DNA from: Spirochaetia bacterium
GTDB taxonomy: Bacteria; Spirochaetota; Spirochaetia; CADAEX01
Direction: 5' to 3'
Assembly (NCBI GenBank): GCA_963662795.1
Contig: OY759746.1
Span: 3,168,001 to 3,232,000, forward strand
DNA length: 64,000 bases
Shown here: in pieces, positions 25,698 to 36,565 of the stretch
How the letters are laid out: the number at the start of each line of letters is the position of its first letter
Numbering within the stretch: position 1 is the first letter of the stretch
The notes under the pieces: generated by a model
What the model was told of the DNA's origin: nothing
The model's input: the letters and a program-made list of their open reading frames with translations, nothing else
Database searches by the model: none
Position numbers and translations under genes: made by a program

Positions 25698-28600
25698 TTA
25701 TTCTCTCCAGACTGATTTAACAAATGAATGCTGCTGCGCATTTTTTATAAAAACCTCGTCTGATACTGTACTTAACTGCGGAGCTGCCCTGATTATTATT
25801 TCCTTACCCGGTTTATCCGGAATATGGAAAAATACCTGGCAGCTGCCGTTGTTTTCAAGAAGAAATGATTTGAACGAATCAAGCTCATCTTCGGATATAT
25901 TATCTGAAAACGCAAAATGAACTTCCCTGAATGACGCTTCTGTAAGATTATCAGTTTCAACAACTTTTTCACATATCAGCTTGGGTTCAAAACTGTTTTT
26001 ATCTGTTTTTACAATAAAACCAAGCACTTTCTCCTCGGAGATAAGGTATCTGAAATTGCTCCAGACTGACGGGAACATGACTATGTCTATCTCCCTTTCA
26101 TAGGTTTCAATTGTAACTGATGCCATCTGCAGCATTGATTTTGTTGTAAACTGTCTTACTTTTTTAATAATTCCTATAACCGTATATTTTTTTTCTGCGG
26201 AACTCCTGTCAAATTCATCCAACCTCAGTGTAACACATTTATCATATACGGATTTATAATTTTTAAGCGGATGACCGGAAAAGTAGAACCCGAGATTTTC
26301 CTTTTCAAAAGTAAGCAGTTCTTTTTCAGGCCATTCGTTAACCATCTCAAGCTCTACCGGAGGAAGATCGTTATTGTCTGATGCGTCAAATAGTGATGAC
26401 TGCCCGTACTTTCTGTTTTCCTGCTCCCTGGCTGCCGAATCAACAAGTCTGTCAAGGTTGCTGAAAAGAATTGCCCTTCCGCTTTCAATACTGTCAAACA
26501 GTCCTGATTTTATCAGGGTCTCAAGCACTTTTTTATTTATTACCCTTAAATCGCTTCTGTTAAGGAAATCAGCAAAACTGCTGTATGTGCCGTTTTCTGT
26601 CCTTTCCCGGATTATTTCATCAACAGCGGCAGTACCGACATTTTTTATTCCAATCAGTCCGTAAACAATTTTTCCGTCTGCTACAGTAAAACTTCTTTCA
26701 GACAGATTTATATCCGGAGGGAGTATTTCAAGCCCCATATGGCGTGATTCAGTAATATATTCGCCAAGCTTTACCGGATCGTTTATTTCATTTGTAAGGT
26801 TCGCGGACATGAACTCGGCCGGATAGTTTGCCTTGAGATATGCTGTCTGATAAGCTAAGACAGAATATGCCGCGGCATGGGATTTGTTGAATCCGTATCC
26901 CGCGAAAGGCCTGAGCATCTCAAATATCTCATCAGCCTGTTTTTCGCTGTGTCCGTTTTTTTTGGCCCCTTCGATAAACTCGACTTTCATTTTCGCCATT
27001 TTACCGACATCTTTTTTCCCCATGGCGCGGCGGAGGATATCTGCTTTTCCAAGGGAAAACCCCGCCATAATCTGGGCTACTTTCATTACCTGTTCCTGGT
27101 AGACAATAACACCGTATGTCGGCTTTAAAACTTCTTTAAGGGAAGGGTCCGGGTATTTGATGGGCGTCCTGCCGTTTTTGGAATTTATAAACTGCGGAAT
27201 ATTCTGCATCGGCCCGGGGCGGTAAAGGGCATTTAATGCGATAAGATCTTCAATGCTTTCAGGTTTTGTGTCTTTAAGAATTTTCTGCATACCGGGACTT
27301 TCAAACTGGAATATGCATGCGCTTTTTCCCTCTCCCAGCATCTGGAAGGTTTTTTCATCATAATCGGGAATATTTATTATCTGAAAATCCCGGGATTTTT
27401 TTCTAATAAGGTTTTCCGTATTTTTTATCAGTGTGAGGGTTTTAAGACCCAGAAAATCCATTTTCACCAGACCGCACTCTTCAAGCTGATCCATTGTAAA
27501 CTGTGTAGATACCGCGTTTGTTTTGGCATCTTTATAGAGCGGGACATAGTTTGTAAGCTCTTCCCTGCCGATAACGAGCCCTGCGGCATGAAGGGAGGCG
27601 TGTCTGTTTAAGCCTTCAAGATTTCTTGAGATTGAGATCAGCTTCGAATAAACGCCGCCCCGGTCTGTGAGTTTTCTGAGTTCTTCCTCTTTCTCTATTG
27701 CCTCATCCAGTTTTTTGGCGTCTCTGGGAACAAGTTTTGAAATCCTGTTTGACTCGTCAAACGGTATATCAAGGACACGTGCGACATCTTTTAATACCGC
27801 CTTTGTCTTGAGCGAACCGAACGTGATGATCTGGCACACCCTGTCTGTTCCGTATTTTGCTGTTACATAATCAATTACTTCCTGTCTTCTTTCGAAGCAG
27901 AAGTCTATATCAAAGTCAGGCATTGATATCCTTTCAGGATTTAAAAATCTTTCAAAAAGCAGCCCGTATTTGAACGGATCAATATCAGTGACAAGAAGAG
28001 AGTACGCGACAACGGAACCCGCGCCTGACCCCCTGCCTGGACCGACAGGTATGTCCTTTTCACGCGCATACCGGATAAAGTCCCACACAATAAGAAAATA
28101 GCCGGTAAATCCCATGGATATTATTACATCCAGCTCAAAATCAACACGCTTTTTTATTTCATCTGTTATTACGGTATATCTGTTTGACAGGCCTGAGTAA
28201 GTAAGATGGCGCAAATATTCATCCGGAGAGGTGAATTCCGGCGGTATTTTGAATTCAGGAAGCAGGGGCCCGGGAAGTTCAATTTTAAGATTGCACATAT
28301 CAGCTATAATTCTTGTATTTTTTACAGCCTGGGGGACAGATTTGAATATTTCCTTCATTTCGGAATCCGACTTCATGTAAAATTCCTGTTTTTCAAAGGA
28401 CATCCTGTTTTCATCGGAGAGTTTTTTCTGTGTCCCTATACAGATCAGGATTTCCTGGGAATCCGCGTCTTCTTTTCTTACATAGTGGATATCATTTGTC
28501 GCAACAAGGGGGATTCCTGTCTTTTCGGAAATCCGTATCAGAGCAGCATTGGCCCTTTTCTGGTCCGGTATTCCGTGATCCTGAAGTTCGAGATAATAGT

Positions 28601-29111
28601 TCCCCCGTCCGAAAACAGTGTCATATTCAAGAGCTTTTTCCTCAGCTTCTTTTTCCCGTCCCTGAAGGATCAGCGAAGGGATCAGCCCTGCAATGCATGC
28701 ACTGGTGCATATCAGTCCCCGTGAATGCTCTTTGAGGGTATCAAAATCAATTCTTGGTTTATAGTAAAATCCTTCGGTATAAGCCACTGAAGTAAGCTTC
28801 ATGAGATTTCTGTAGCCTGTTATATCTTTGGCCAGAAGGATCAGATGGTAATAATTATTGCCGCTTTCATGCCCGCTTTTTATTTTCATTGATGCAGGAG
28901 CAATATAAAATTCGTTTCCGATAATCGGTTTTATCTCTTTTTTAATGCATTCCTTGTAGAATTTGAGTACCCCGAACATGTTTCCGTGGTCTGTAATTGC
29001 AAGGGAATCCATTCCAAGTTCTTTGGCCCTGTCGACAAGCCGTGTAATGCTTGCAGCGCCGTCAAGCAGTGAAAAATCTGTATGGTTATGAAGATGTATA
29101 AATTCTGACAT
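25698..29111 (-). CDS. dnaE: DNA polymerase III alpha subunit
   Basis: PHP HLHNHTDFSLLDG, TDHGN, GRGSGAGS, PDFDIDF, KMDFLGL, GFNKSH. Confidence 0.98.
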   Translation of the reverse strand: MSEFIHLHNHTDFSLLDGAASITRLVDRAKELGMDSLAITDHGNMFGVLKFYKECIKKEIKPIIGNEFYIAPASMKIKSGHESGNNYYHLILLAKDITGYRNLMKLTSVAYTEGFYYKPRIDFDTLKEHSRGLICTSACIAGLIPSLILQGREKEAEEKALEYDTVFGRGNYYLELQDHGIPDQKRANAALIRISEKTGIPLVATNDIHYVRKEDADSQEILICIGTQKKLSDENRMSFEKQEFYMKSDSEMKEIFKSVPQAVKNTRIIADMCNLKIELPGPLLPEFKIPPEFTSPDEYLRHLTYSGLSNRYTVITDEIKKRVDFELDVIISMGFTGYFLIVWDFIRYAREKDIPVGPGRGSGAGSVVAYSLLVTDIDPFKYGLLFERFLNPERISMPDFDIDFCFERRQEVIDYVTAKYGTDRVCQIITFGSLKTKAVLKDVARVLDIPFDESNRISKLVPRDAKKLDEAIEKEEELRKLTDRGGVYSKLISISRNLEGLNRHASLHAAGLVIGREELTNYVPLYKDAKTNAVSTQFTMDQLEECGLVKMDFLGLKTLTLIKNTENLIRKKSRDFQIINIPDYDEKTFQMLGEGKSACIFQFESPGMQKILKDTKPESIEDLIALNALYRPGPMQNIPQFINSKNGRTPIKYPDPSLKEVLKPTYGVIVYQEQVMKVAQIMAGFSLGKADILRRAMGKKDVGKMAKMKVEFIEGAKKNGHSEKQADEIFEMLRPFAGYGFNKSHAAAYSVLAYQTAYLKANYPAEFMSANLTNEINDPVKLGEYITESRHMGLEILPPDINLSERSFTVADGKIVYGLIGIKNVGTAAVDEIIRERTENGTYSSFADFLNRSDLRVINKKVLETLIKSGLFDSIESGRAILFSNLDRLVDSAAREQENRKYGQSSLFDASDNNDLPPVELEMVNEWPEKELLTFEKENLGFYFSGHPLKNYKSVYDKCVTLRLDEFDRSSAEKKYTVIGIIKKVRQFTTKSMLQMASVTIETYEREIDIVMFPSVWSNFRYLISEEKVLGFIVKTDKNSFEPKLICEKVVETDNLTEASFREVHFAFSDNISEDELDSFKSFLLENNGSCQVFFHIPDKPGKEIIIRAAPQLSTVSDEVFIKNAQQHSFVKSVWRE

Positions 29112-29252
29112 AGTTTATGTTTTTATTAATGGTAATATAGCTTATTTGATCTTATGTTGTAAACCCAAACTTTATCCGGCACGGCGCATTAAAATCACGG
29201 ACGCACCTTGTGAAAAGGGGAAAGCGCTGATATTATTTTCAAAGGGGTATTT

Positions 29253-29603
29253 ATGTATCAGCTGATTGGAAGGAAAAGCTGCAGTGAAACGAGAAAAACT
29301 GAAAGATTCCTGAAGGAAAGAAACATGGATTTTCAGTTTGTTGATCTTGATAAAAGGGAATTATCACCCGGTGAGTTGAAAAATATTTTCAATTCTGTCC
29401 CCCCTGATTCGCTTATTGATGAAAAATCAAGGCAATATAGCAAAAGGGGCCTTGAGTTTATGGATTATGATCCTGCTCAGGAAATACTTGAGGACCAGAA
29501 ACTTATAATTACTCCGATTTTACGGATAAAAAACAGGGTTTTAACACGGGCAGCGGGCGCTGCTCTTGATGAGGGTGCCTTAAAAAATTTTTTACAATCT
29601 TAA
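29253..29603 (+). CDS. ArsC/Spx family protein
   Basis: GRKSC.ETRK..RFLKER, C-terminal L..TPILR; 116 aa. Confidence 0.75.
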   Translation: MYQLIGRKSCSETRKTERFLKERNMDFQFVDLDKRELSPGELKNIFNSVPPDSLIDEKSRQYSKRGLEFMDYDPAQEILEDQKLIITPILRIKNRVLTRAAGAALDEGALKNFLQS

Positions 29604-29636
29604 TGAGCAGTCCAGACTATCAAACAGGAATTTAAC

Positions 29637-30914
29637 ATGAACCAGAACATGAACAGCAGCAATCTGTATATTGATTCGGAAATCGGCGAACTGGAGGAGG
29701 TGATTATTCACACTCCGGGACAGGAAATTGAGGTAATAACTCCCCTTACAGCGGAAAAACTTCTTTATAACGATATTATACCCTTAAGCGTGGTGAGAAA
29801 ACAGTACACAATTTTAAGGGATTTTCTCTCTCTTGTGGCAAAAACTGTTGAGGTTAAGGATGTGCTTCTAAAGGTACTGGAAGAAAAAGAGACAAGAGCC
29901 AGCCTGCTTGAACAGCTTACCGGGACAGAAAGACTCAAAAACCGCAGGGATGAGCTTGCCTCCATGAGCGCTTCCTCTCTCTGCAGCACCCTTATTTCCG
30001 GGCTTAAAAGCAAAAAAAATACATTAAACAGTTTCCTGTCTGATGAGGAGTTTGATTACTTCCCCCTGCCCAACCTTTATTTTACACGGGATTCTGTAAT
30101 GGTTTTCCGTGACCATTTTATCACGGGAAGCATGGCTAACAGCGTAAGGGAACCTGAAGCGTTTCTGATGCAGAAGATAATTGAAAAGTATTACGGTGTA
30201 ACTCCCGAGAGACAGATTTTCGACGGCGCACTGAATAAAGACGGGGGAATAACAATAGAGGGGGGGGACTTTCTTGTATTCAGCAGTGATATCCTGATAA
30301 TCGGATTATCGGAAAGGACAACGCCCAAGGCTGTCGACACGATTATAGAAAGGCTCATCGCTCTTTTCAGAACTTCATTCACCGTATACTGCGTAATTCT
30401 TCCAAAAAAGAGAGAAACAATACACCTTGATATGGTCTTTAACATAATAAACAAAAATGAAGTTCTTATATACGAACCTTATATCACAGGTGAATCACAG
30501 CTTAAATTCGTGAGGATTGATGTTGATGAATCAGGCGGGAAGAATATTAAGTATATTAGAAGCCTTATAAAGGATTTCAGGGAATCAGGTTATCCTCTCG
30601 AACCTGTATACTGCGGAGGAGACGACAACCGCTTAAGGCAGAGGGAACAGTGGCTTTCCGGGAACAACTTTTTTGCTTTTAAACCGGGGAAAATTATAGG
30701 TTATGACTGTAACGAAGCTACACTTAAAGCCCTTGAGAAATCGGGATATTCAGTCTGCCAGGCTGAAAGGTTTATTGACGGAAGCATGAAAATTTCTGAT
30801 TATGAAAAACTTGCCGTAACTATACCGGGAACCGATCTTGCCCGCGGGGGCGGCGGGGTCAGATGCATGACACTTCCGGTACGGAGAAAACACTATGATA
30901 TGGGGAATAACTGA
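29637..30914 (+). CDS. arcA: Arginine deiminase
   Basis: SEIG.L, HTPG, PNLYFTRD, IEGGD, HLD, EQW, GGGGVRCMT (catalytic Cys). Confidence 0.9.
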   Translation: MNQNMNSSNLYIDSEIGELEEVIIHTPGQEIEVITPLTAEKLLYNDIIPLSVVRKQYTILRDFLSLVAKTVEVKDVLLKVLEEKETRASLLEQLTGTERLKNRRDELASMSASSLCSTLISGLKSKKNTLNSFLSDEEFDYFPLPNLYFTRDSVMVFRDHFITGSMANSVREPEAFLMQKIIEKYYGVTPERQIFDGALNKDGGITIEGGDFLVFSSDILIIGLSERTTPKAVDTIIERLIALFRTSFTVYCVILPKKRETIHLDMVFNIINKNEVLIYEPYITGESQLKFVRIDVDESGGKNIKYIRSLIKDFRESGYPLEPVYCGGDDNRLRQREQWLSGNNFFAFKPGKIIGYDCNEATLKALEKSGYSVCQAERFIDGSMKISDYEKLAVTIPGTDLARGGGGVRCMTLPVRRKHYDMGNN

Positions 30915-30919
30915 TATTT

Positions 30920-31687
30920 ATGAAATACGCCATACTTGGAAGCGGTTCAAGCGCCAATTCCTATATCTTCGAGGATACTGATTATTCTTTTATTGTTGAT
31001 AACGGTTTCACATTAAAGGAATTTACAAGAAGGGCTGATGAACTCGGCTTTGATATCGGGAAAATAAGATTTATTTTTCTGACACACAGGCATATAGATC
31101 ATTCGCGCGGGATAGGCGCGCTGTCAAAAAAACTTAAAATACCTGTTGTTATGGGAAGGGACGTACCCTTTGACAAAACAGAGGCTCACCGTATCTATAA
31201 AAGGCTTGATGTGGAACCCGGAAGGGCATACAGCTTTGAAAAACTGGAGTTTTCTGTCTTTTCAATATCGCATGATTCAATCGGATCAGTCAGCTACAGT
31301 TTTAAGATAGACAATAAAATATTTACAATAATCACTGATACCGGCAGAATCCTTGATGATATGGAAATCCACGCAATGAATTCGGATGTCCTTTTCCTTG
31401 AGTCAAATTACTGTCCTCAAATGCTTGCCGACGGCCCTTATCCTTTATATCTTAAACAGAGGATTGAATCAAACGAGGGGCATCTTTCAAACAATGATGC
31501 TGTACTTTTTCTTTCGAGGATACACAGCGCACAGCCTCTTAAAAACAGGATGACATATCTTTGCCACCTGTCAGACACCAATAACAGCTGTGAAAAAGTT
31601 GAAAGCATTATTAAAGAAAGCATGCCGGAGAGTTTCCGCTACCGCGTTTGCGGTAAAGGAGAAGTTGTCTCCGGGATTAATTTCTGA
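30920..31687 (+). CDS. Metallo-beta-lactamase-fold hydrolase (YycJ/WalJ-like)
   Basis: LGSGSSAN, THRHIDH, SHD, TDTG, LESNY, GHLSN, HLS. Confidence 0.88.
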   Translation: MKYAILGSGSSANSYIFEDTDYSFIVDNGFTLKEFTRRADELGFDIGKIRFIFLTHRHIDHSRGIGALSKKLKIPVVMGRDVPFDKTEAHRIYKRLDVEPGRAYSFEKLEFSVFSISHDSIGSVSYSFKIDNKIFTIITDTGRILDDMEIHAMNSDVLFLESNYCPQMLADGPYPLYLKQRIESNEGHLSNNDAVLFLSRIHSAQPLKNRMTYLCHLSDTNNSCEKVESIIKESMPESFRYRVCGKGEVVSGINF

Positions 31688-31711
31688 TAGCAATTATGGA
31701 GGAATGATAAA

Positions 31712-32266
31712 ATGGGAAAAAAAGTTCTTTGTATTTTAGCTGAAGGATTTGAAGAGATTGAAGCTGTTACTCCTGTGGATCTTTTAAGACGGGCAGGCAT
31801 AGAAGTTGTTGTCGCGGGACTTTCAGGTATTGATATTACAGGTTCCCATGGGATAACAGTACTTGCAGACTGTGAACTTGATGAGGCGGATGATGATTTT
31901 GACGGGGTAATTATTCCCGGCGGCATTCCCGGCGCTCCAAATATTGCGGGCAACGCACAGGCGATGGGATTTATCACCAAAATGTATGATAACGGGAAAC
32001 TTGTCGCCGCAATCTGCGCATCTCCTGCTGTTGTTCTTGGAAAGGCAGGCATTCTTGCAGGCAAAAAAGTTACCGGTGCGCCCGGTTTTGTGGAAAAGCT
32101 TCCATCTGATGCTGTTTTTACAGAAGGCAGGGTTGTCACAGATAAAAATATAATAACCTCCCGAGGCGCAGGTACTGCTGCAGAGTTTGCCGGTACAATT
32201 ATAGCTTATTTTGAGGGGAAAGAGACTTCGGATAAGCTTCTCGATTCAACGCTTTACAAAAGGTAA
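31712..32266 (+). CDS. DJ-1/YajL/ThiJ family protein
   Basis: GFEEIEA, LRRAG, IPGG, AAICASP, TSRGAGT. Confidence 0.92.
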   Translation: MGKKVLCILAEGFEEIEAVTPVDLLRRAGIEVVVAGLSGIDITGSHGITVLADCELDEADDDFDGVIIPGGIPGAPNIAGNAQAMGFITKMYDNGKLVAAICASPAVVLGKAGILAGKKVTGAPGFVEKLPSDAVFTEGRVVTDKNIITSRGAGTAAEFAGTIIAYFEGKETSDKLLDSTLYKR

Positions 32267-32311
32267 TACTCTTTATCAAGGCGGGAATTGTTAATAAGCC
32301 TGAAAAAAAGG

Positions 32312-32350
32312 AACAAAGGCCTGAATACCATCAGTACACAGGCCTTTGTT
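32312..32350. terminator. Probable terminator between convergent genes
   Basis: AACAAAGGCCTG...CAGGCCTTTGTT 12-bp inverted repeat, with an A-run on the left. Confidence 0.6.
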
Positions 32351-32414
32351 GATAAGCCGGACAACGATTTAACTTTAACACCAGAGCTCCGGCAGAATAC
32401 AGAAAATAAAATTA

Positions 32415-33752
32415 TTAAAGCGGTTTTGCGATAATATCCTTAATTCCGGGGAATTTTTTAAGGTCCTTATTGATGTTTTTCATCCTGTCTTTGTTTACAT
32501 AATTTTTGTTCTGGAAGCTGTATGTGAAATTAGTGTGGACATCATAAGTGCCTTCAAGAAGCGCCTTTGTATCTTCTGTCATTACAAGCTCTTCGTCTGT
32601 CGGGATTACAAAAATCTTTACCTTTGAGTCTTTGGCAGATATTTCTGTTTCAGCGTTTCTGGTCATGGAACTCTTGTTTTTTTCCAGGTCAAGCTTTATG
32701 CCGAACTCTTCAAGACCCGAAGTTGCAAGCATCCTTGTAACAGGCCCTCTTTCACCAACGCCTGCTGTAAAAACAATTGCGTCAACATGTCCGAGCGCGA
32801 AAGCGTAGGAGCCGATATATTTTTTTATTCTGTATGCTTCCATTTTCTGCGCAAGAATAGCCCTTTCATTTCCCTCTTCGGCTGCGATTTCAATATCTCT
32901 CCTGTCTACCCATTTTTCAGTAATACCGAGAACTCCGCTTTTCTTGTTAAGGGCGTTTTCAGCCTGTTCCGGAGTCAATCCTGCTTTCCTCATCATGTAG
33001 AATGAAATTGCCGGATCATGGTCTCCGCTTCTTGTTCCCATTATAAGTCCTTCAAGCGGAGTGAGGCCCATGGATGTATCGTAGGATACGCCGTTTTTTA
33101 CAGCGTTTATGCTTGAGCCGTTTCCGATATGCGCGATAATCAGGTTGGTCGTGAAAGGATCCTTTCCGAGAAGGGCTGATGCTCTTTTTGCTGTGTAAAG
33201 GAAAGATGTTCCGTGAAAACCGTACCTGCGGACTCCGTACCTGGAATACCACTCATAAGGCAGCGCATAAAGGTATACTTCTTTAGACATAGTCTGATGC
33301 CATGCTGTATCCATTATGGCGCAATGCTTTACATTGGGAAGTTCTTCCTGGGCAGCCTTGATTCCTATAATGTTTGCAGGGTTATGAAGAGGCGCCAGCC
33401 CCTGAATGGAATCAAAAGTTTCAATTATTTTATCATCTATAATAATTGATTTGTTGAATTTTTCTCCGCCGTGCACAACCCTGTGTCCTACAGCCTTTAT
33501 ATCGTCTATTGACTTGATTGCACCGACAACCGGGTCAACAAGTGTTTTCATGATAAGATCAATTGCTTCCTTGTGTGTTGGGCACGAATGTTCGAGTTTG
33601 TATTCTTCTTTTCCTGATGTGTTATGCTTGATAAATGAGCCTTCAATTCCGATTCTTTCTACAATTCCGTTTGCGAGCACTTCCTGTTTGTCAAAGTCAT
33701 AGATTTGATATTTTAATGAAGAACTACCGCAATTTAATGTGAGTATTATCAC
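32415..33752 (-). CDS. ackA: Acetate kinase (housekeeping copy)
   Basis: All canonical motifs: LNCGSSSLKY, GHRVVHGG, APLHNP, YGFHGTS, HIGNGSS, GTRSGD, FTAGVGE, PTDEE; GTG start at 33752 with GGAGG SD. Confidence 0.96.
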   Translation of the reverse strand: MIILTLNCGSSSLKYQIYDFDKQEVLANGIVERIGIEGSFIKHNTSGKEEYKLEHSCPTHKEAIDLIMKTLVDPVVGAIKSIDDIKAVGHRVVHGGEKFNKSIIIDDKIIETFDSIQGLAPLHNPANIIGIKAAQEELPNVKHCAIMDTAWHQTMSKEVYLYALPYEWYSRYGVRRYGFHGTSFLYTAKRASALLGKDPFTTNLIIAHIGNGSSINAVKNGVSYDTSMGLTPLEGLIMGTRSGDHDPAISFYMMRKAGLTPEQAENALNKKSGVLGITEKWVDRRDIEIAAEEGNERAILAQKMEAYRIKKYIGSYAFALGHVDAIVFTAGVGERGPVTRMLATSGLEEFGIKLDLEKNKSSMTRNAETEISAKDSKVKIFVIPTDEELVMTEDTKALLEGTYDVHTNFTYSFQNKNYVNKDRMKNINKDLKKFPGIKDIIAKPL

Positions 33753-33865
33753 AAATTTCCTCCAAAACAGTGTTTTATGATTTATTCTGCCGTAAAACAC
33801 TGAAAAATACAATAGAAGATATACTGCTGTGAAGTAAAAGGAATGGTGATGCAGTTTACTCTCAT

Positions 33866-35215
33866 GTGACCTCCGGTACTTTTATGATCATAATCTGTCT
33901 CATTAATTGCATTGCGGTATTTCCTGTTTTTACTCAGGAACAGAAGCAGGAAATAAAGCAGAAAGTGCTTAAAAAATGGGAGATAGAGGCAAGGGGTGAA
34001 TATGATTCCGAAGAGGGTAAATCATCGATGCTCAAGGCAGGAGATTCCCGTTATTTCATGTCTGTTATGGATTTCGAAAAGGGAGGGAAAACTATTTTTA
34101 ATTTTTCAACCCCGTATGCTGTTTTTGGAAAGGTGGCGGGGAAAGGCCTTTTAAAGGAAATCAGGAATCCGGCAGCACATTACCCCGGTTCTTCGGTTTT
34201 CAGGGAAAAAACAGAAGTAGCAGCAGATAAAAGTTTTAAGAGTTCAGGCAACAGCGGAATCAGATTAAGCGCAGGAGAGGCTTTTTCTGTTTTTAATGAG
34301 ATGAGCACATCAGAATCAGGCACTCTTGACTGGAGCGGCGCATACGGCAGATATAAAATCAAACGATGGCTGGATATATCATGCGCGGCTGCAAAATACA
34401 AAGAAAAAGATGACAGCGTCTCTGACTCCTGGTATACAGAGCGGAGAACGGGATACGGACGGGAAGTTGTAAATACATCTTTTTCAGCTTCTGCCGGTGG
34501 AAGCTCTGCAGGGGCCGGCGCTGCTGCAGCATTAACGTCCTGCAATGGAACTCCCCCTGGTCTTTTTTACCGTTTTTCACCTTACCTTGCCCTCTTTTTT
34601 ATAAGAATTGACTTGCTTATTTCAGGAACGAATGACAGCTATATAAAGCCGGAAGGCTCTCTCTCGTCATCAGCGCTGCGGAAAGGGGCTCTTTTATCTT
34701 TATATCCGCTTGATTTTTTAAGATTCACCGGCAGGTATGTCTCAGACATTTATCACGAAAAACTTTCTGATAAAAATTACGGTTCATATTCAGAAGAAAA
34801 ATCTGCATCTATTTTTTTTGATCCCGCTTTTCTGATATTTGGTACAGGCATAAGTGATAAAAGCAACTTCAGCAATGATACGAATGAAAAGAACCGGGAT
34901 ATCTGTTTTTCAGGCGGTTTAAAAGCGCATAACTGTAAGGCTGTACTTGAAAAAAAGGACAGATACCGGAACAGTGAAAAATATTGTGATACCCTGAGGC
35001 TTGAAGCCGGAATCAGAAACAGGATTGTGAATATTTATATTCTCGGTAAACTGATTAAGCAGGAAGATACGGAAAAAAACCTAAAAACAAGGATAACAGT
35101 TTACGGATCTAAAATGTCAGTATTTGGTGAGTATTCTGCATCGGCATTGAATGACGCAACCGGGCGGACAGAGAGTTTCTTTGAATACAGCACAGGTTTT
35201 ACGGCTAAATATTGA
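33866..35215 (+). CDS. Hypothetical exported protein, possibly an outer-membrane beta-barrel
   Basis: N-terminal hydrophobic signal-like segment; alternating polar/hydrophobic strands; aromatic C-terminal residue (…YSTGFTAKY). Confidence 0.45.
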   Translation: MTSGTFMIIICLINCIAVFPVFTQEQKQEIKQKVLKKWEIEARGEYDSEEGKSSMLKAGDSRYFMSVMDFEKGGKTIFNFSTPYAVFGKVAGKGLLKEIRNPAAHYPGSSVFREKTEVAADKSFKSSGNSGIRLSAGEAFSVFNEMSTSESGTLDWSGAYGRYKIKRWLDISCAAAKYKEKDDSVSDSWYTERRTGYGREVVNTSFSASAGGSSAGAGAAAALTSCNGTPPGLFYRFSPYLALFFIRIDLLISGTNDSYIKPEGSLSSSALRKGALLSLYPLDFLRFTGRYVSDIYHEKLSDKNYGSYSEEKSASIFFDPAFLIFGTGISDKSNFSNDTNEKNRDICFSGGLKAHNCKAVLEKKDRYRNSEKYCDTLRLEAGIRNRIVNIYILGKLIKQEDTEKNLKTRITVYGSKMSVFGEYSASALNDATGRTESFFEYSTGFTAKY

Positions 35216-36557
35216 GCATGAATTTTGCAAGTTCGAAATATATTGTAAGCCCGAATACATCAATCACTGTCGCCATAAGCGGCCCGGACATAACTGTCGG
35301 ATCATGCCCTGTTTTATGTATGACGAGAGGTGCAATAGCTCCGATTGTAGTTGAAAACAAGACAACAAAACACAGTGAAAGTGATATGGCAAAAGCCTGA
35401 TATACGTTAATTCCAGGCGGCAGCAATATGCCCCTTATAAAAACAACAAGCCCGGTACCTAAACCCATTATGAATCCAACCATCAGCTCTTTTTTTAAAA
35501 CTTTCCAGATATCCTTGAAATAAAGTTCTTCAGTCGCAAGACCCCTTATTATAAGAGTTGTTGACTGGCTTCCCGCGTTACCGCCGGTTTGTGTAATTAC
35601 CGGCATGAACATGAAAAGAAATGCGGCTCCGATTATAATGTCTTCGTAATGATGAAGTACGTTTGTTGTAATGGTACCGACAATCAGGAGGACTGTAAGC
35701 CATGGTATTCTTCTTTTTACAAGATCAAAAACTGATGATTCAAGATACGGAAGAGGATTTCCTCCCATGGCGACCATCTTGTAAACATCTTCTGTCTGTT
35801 CTTCGTGAATAACTTCAATAACATCATCAAAGGTTACTATACCAAGCAGAACGTTGTTTTTATCAACAACCGGCACAGCCAGAAGGCTGTATGTTTCAAG
35901 GATTTTGGCAACCTCTTCCTGATCTGTTTCTTCATGAACAGATATAACATCTGTTTCCATAATCCCTGAAATAATCTGTTCATCTTTTGCGGCAAGTATG
36001 TCTCTAAGGGATACAACCCCTATAAGTCTTTTCAGCTGGTCAAGCACATAAAAATAGTAAACAGTTTCAATTTCCTCAGCACCTTTTCTTACAAATTTCA
36101 GGGCCTGGGCAACAGTAATCGAGGGTTTTATTGCAATATAGCGCGGAGTCATTAGCCCTGCAGCATCATCCTCATCAAATTTAAGAAGGAAGAGTGTCTC
36201 TTTTTTTGCTTCGTCACTCAGGTTTTCCCAGACTGATTTTCTTACTTCATGGGAAACAGACTGTATAAAGTCTACAATGTCATCAGGTTCCATCTCATTT
36301 AAAAGCTGTTTGATGTTTTCAACATTAAGCTCGCTCAGTATCATTTCCTGTTCTTTGTAGGTAAGTGAATTGATAAGCTCTACTTTCATTTCAAGATTAA
36401 GGCTTTTAAATATATGTATTGATTCTTCGGGGGTTAATGTGTTCCAGTTTTCAATGAGGTCCTGCAGTGAAATTTCCAGAAGCAGATTTTTTATTTCTTC
36501 CGGTTTGAGTATATTCAGATATTCTTTAATATATTCAAGAGAATATTTCATAAACAA
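35205..36557 (-). CDS. mgtE: Magnesium transporter MgtE
   Basis: MEPDD, AAGLMT, CBS pair, RIPWL, GGNAGSQ, DP.VMSGPL.AT..D. Confidence 0.95.
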   Translation of the reverse strand: MFMKYSLEYIKEYLNILKPEEIKNLLLEISLQDLIENWNTLTPEESIHIFKSLNLEMKVELINSLTYKEQEMILSELNVENIKQLLNEMEPDDIVDFIQSVSHEVRKSVWENLSDEAKKETLFLLKFDEDDAAGLMTPRYIAIKPSITVAQALKFVRKGAEEIETVYYFYVLDQLKRLIGVVSLRDILAAKDEQIISGIMETDVISVHEETDQEEVAKILETYSLLAVPVVDKNNVLLGIVTFDDVIEVIHEEQTEDVYKMVAMGGNPLPYLESSVFDLVKRRIPWLTVLLIVGTITTNVLHHYEDIIIGAAFLFMFMPVITQTGGNAGSQSTTLIIRGLATEELYFKDIWKVLKKELMVGFIMGLGTGLVVFIRGILLPPGINVYQAFAISLSLCFVVLFSTTIGAIAPLVIHKTGHDPTVMSGPLMATVIDVFGLTIYFELAKFMLNI

Positions 36558-36565
36558 AGCCTCCT

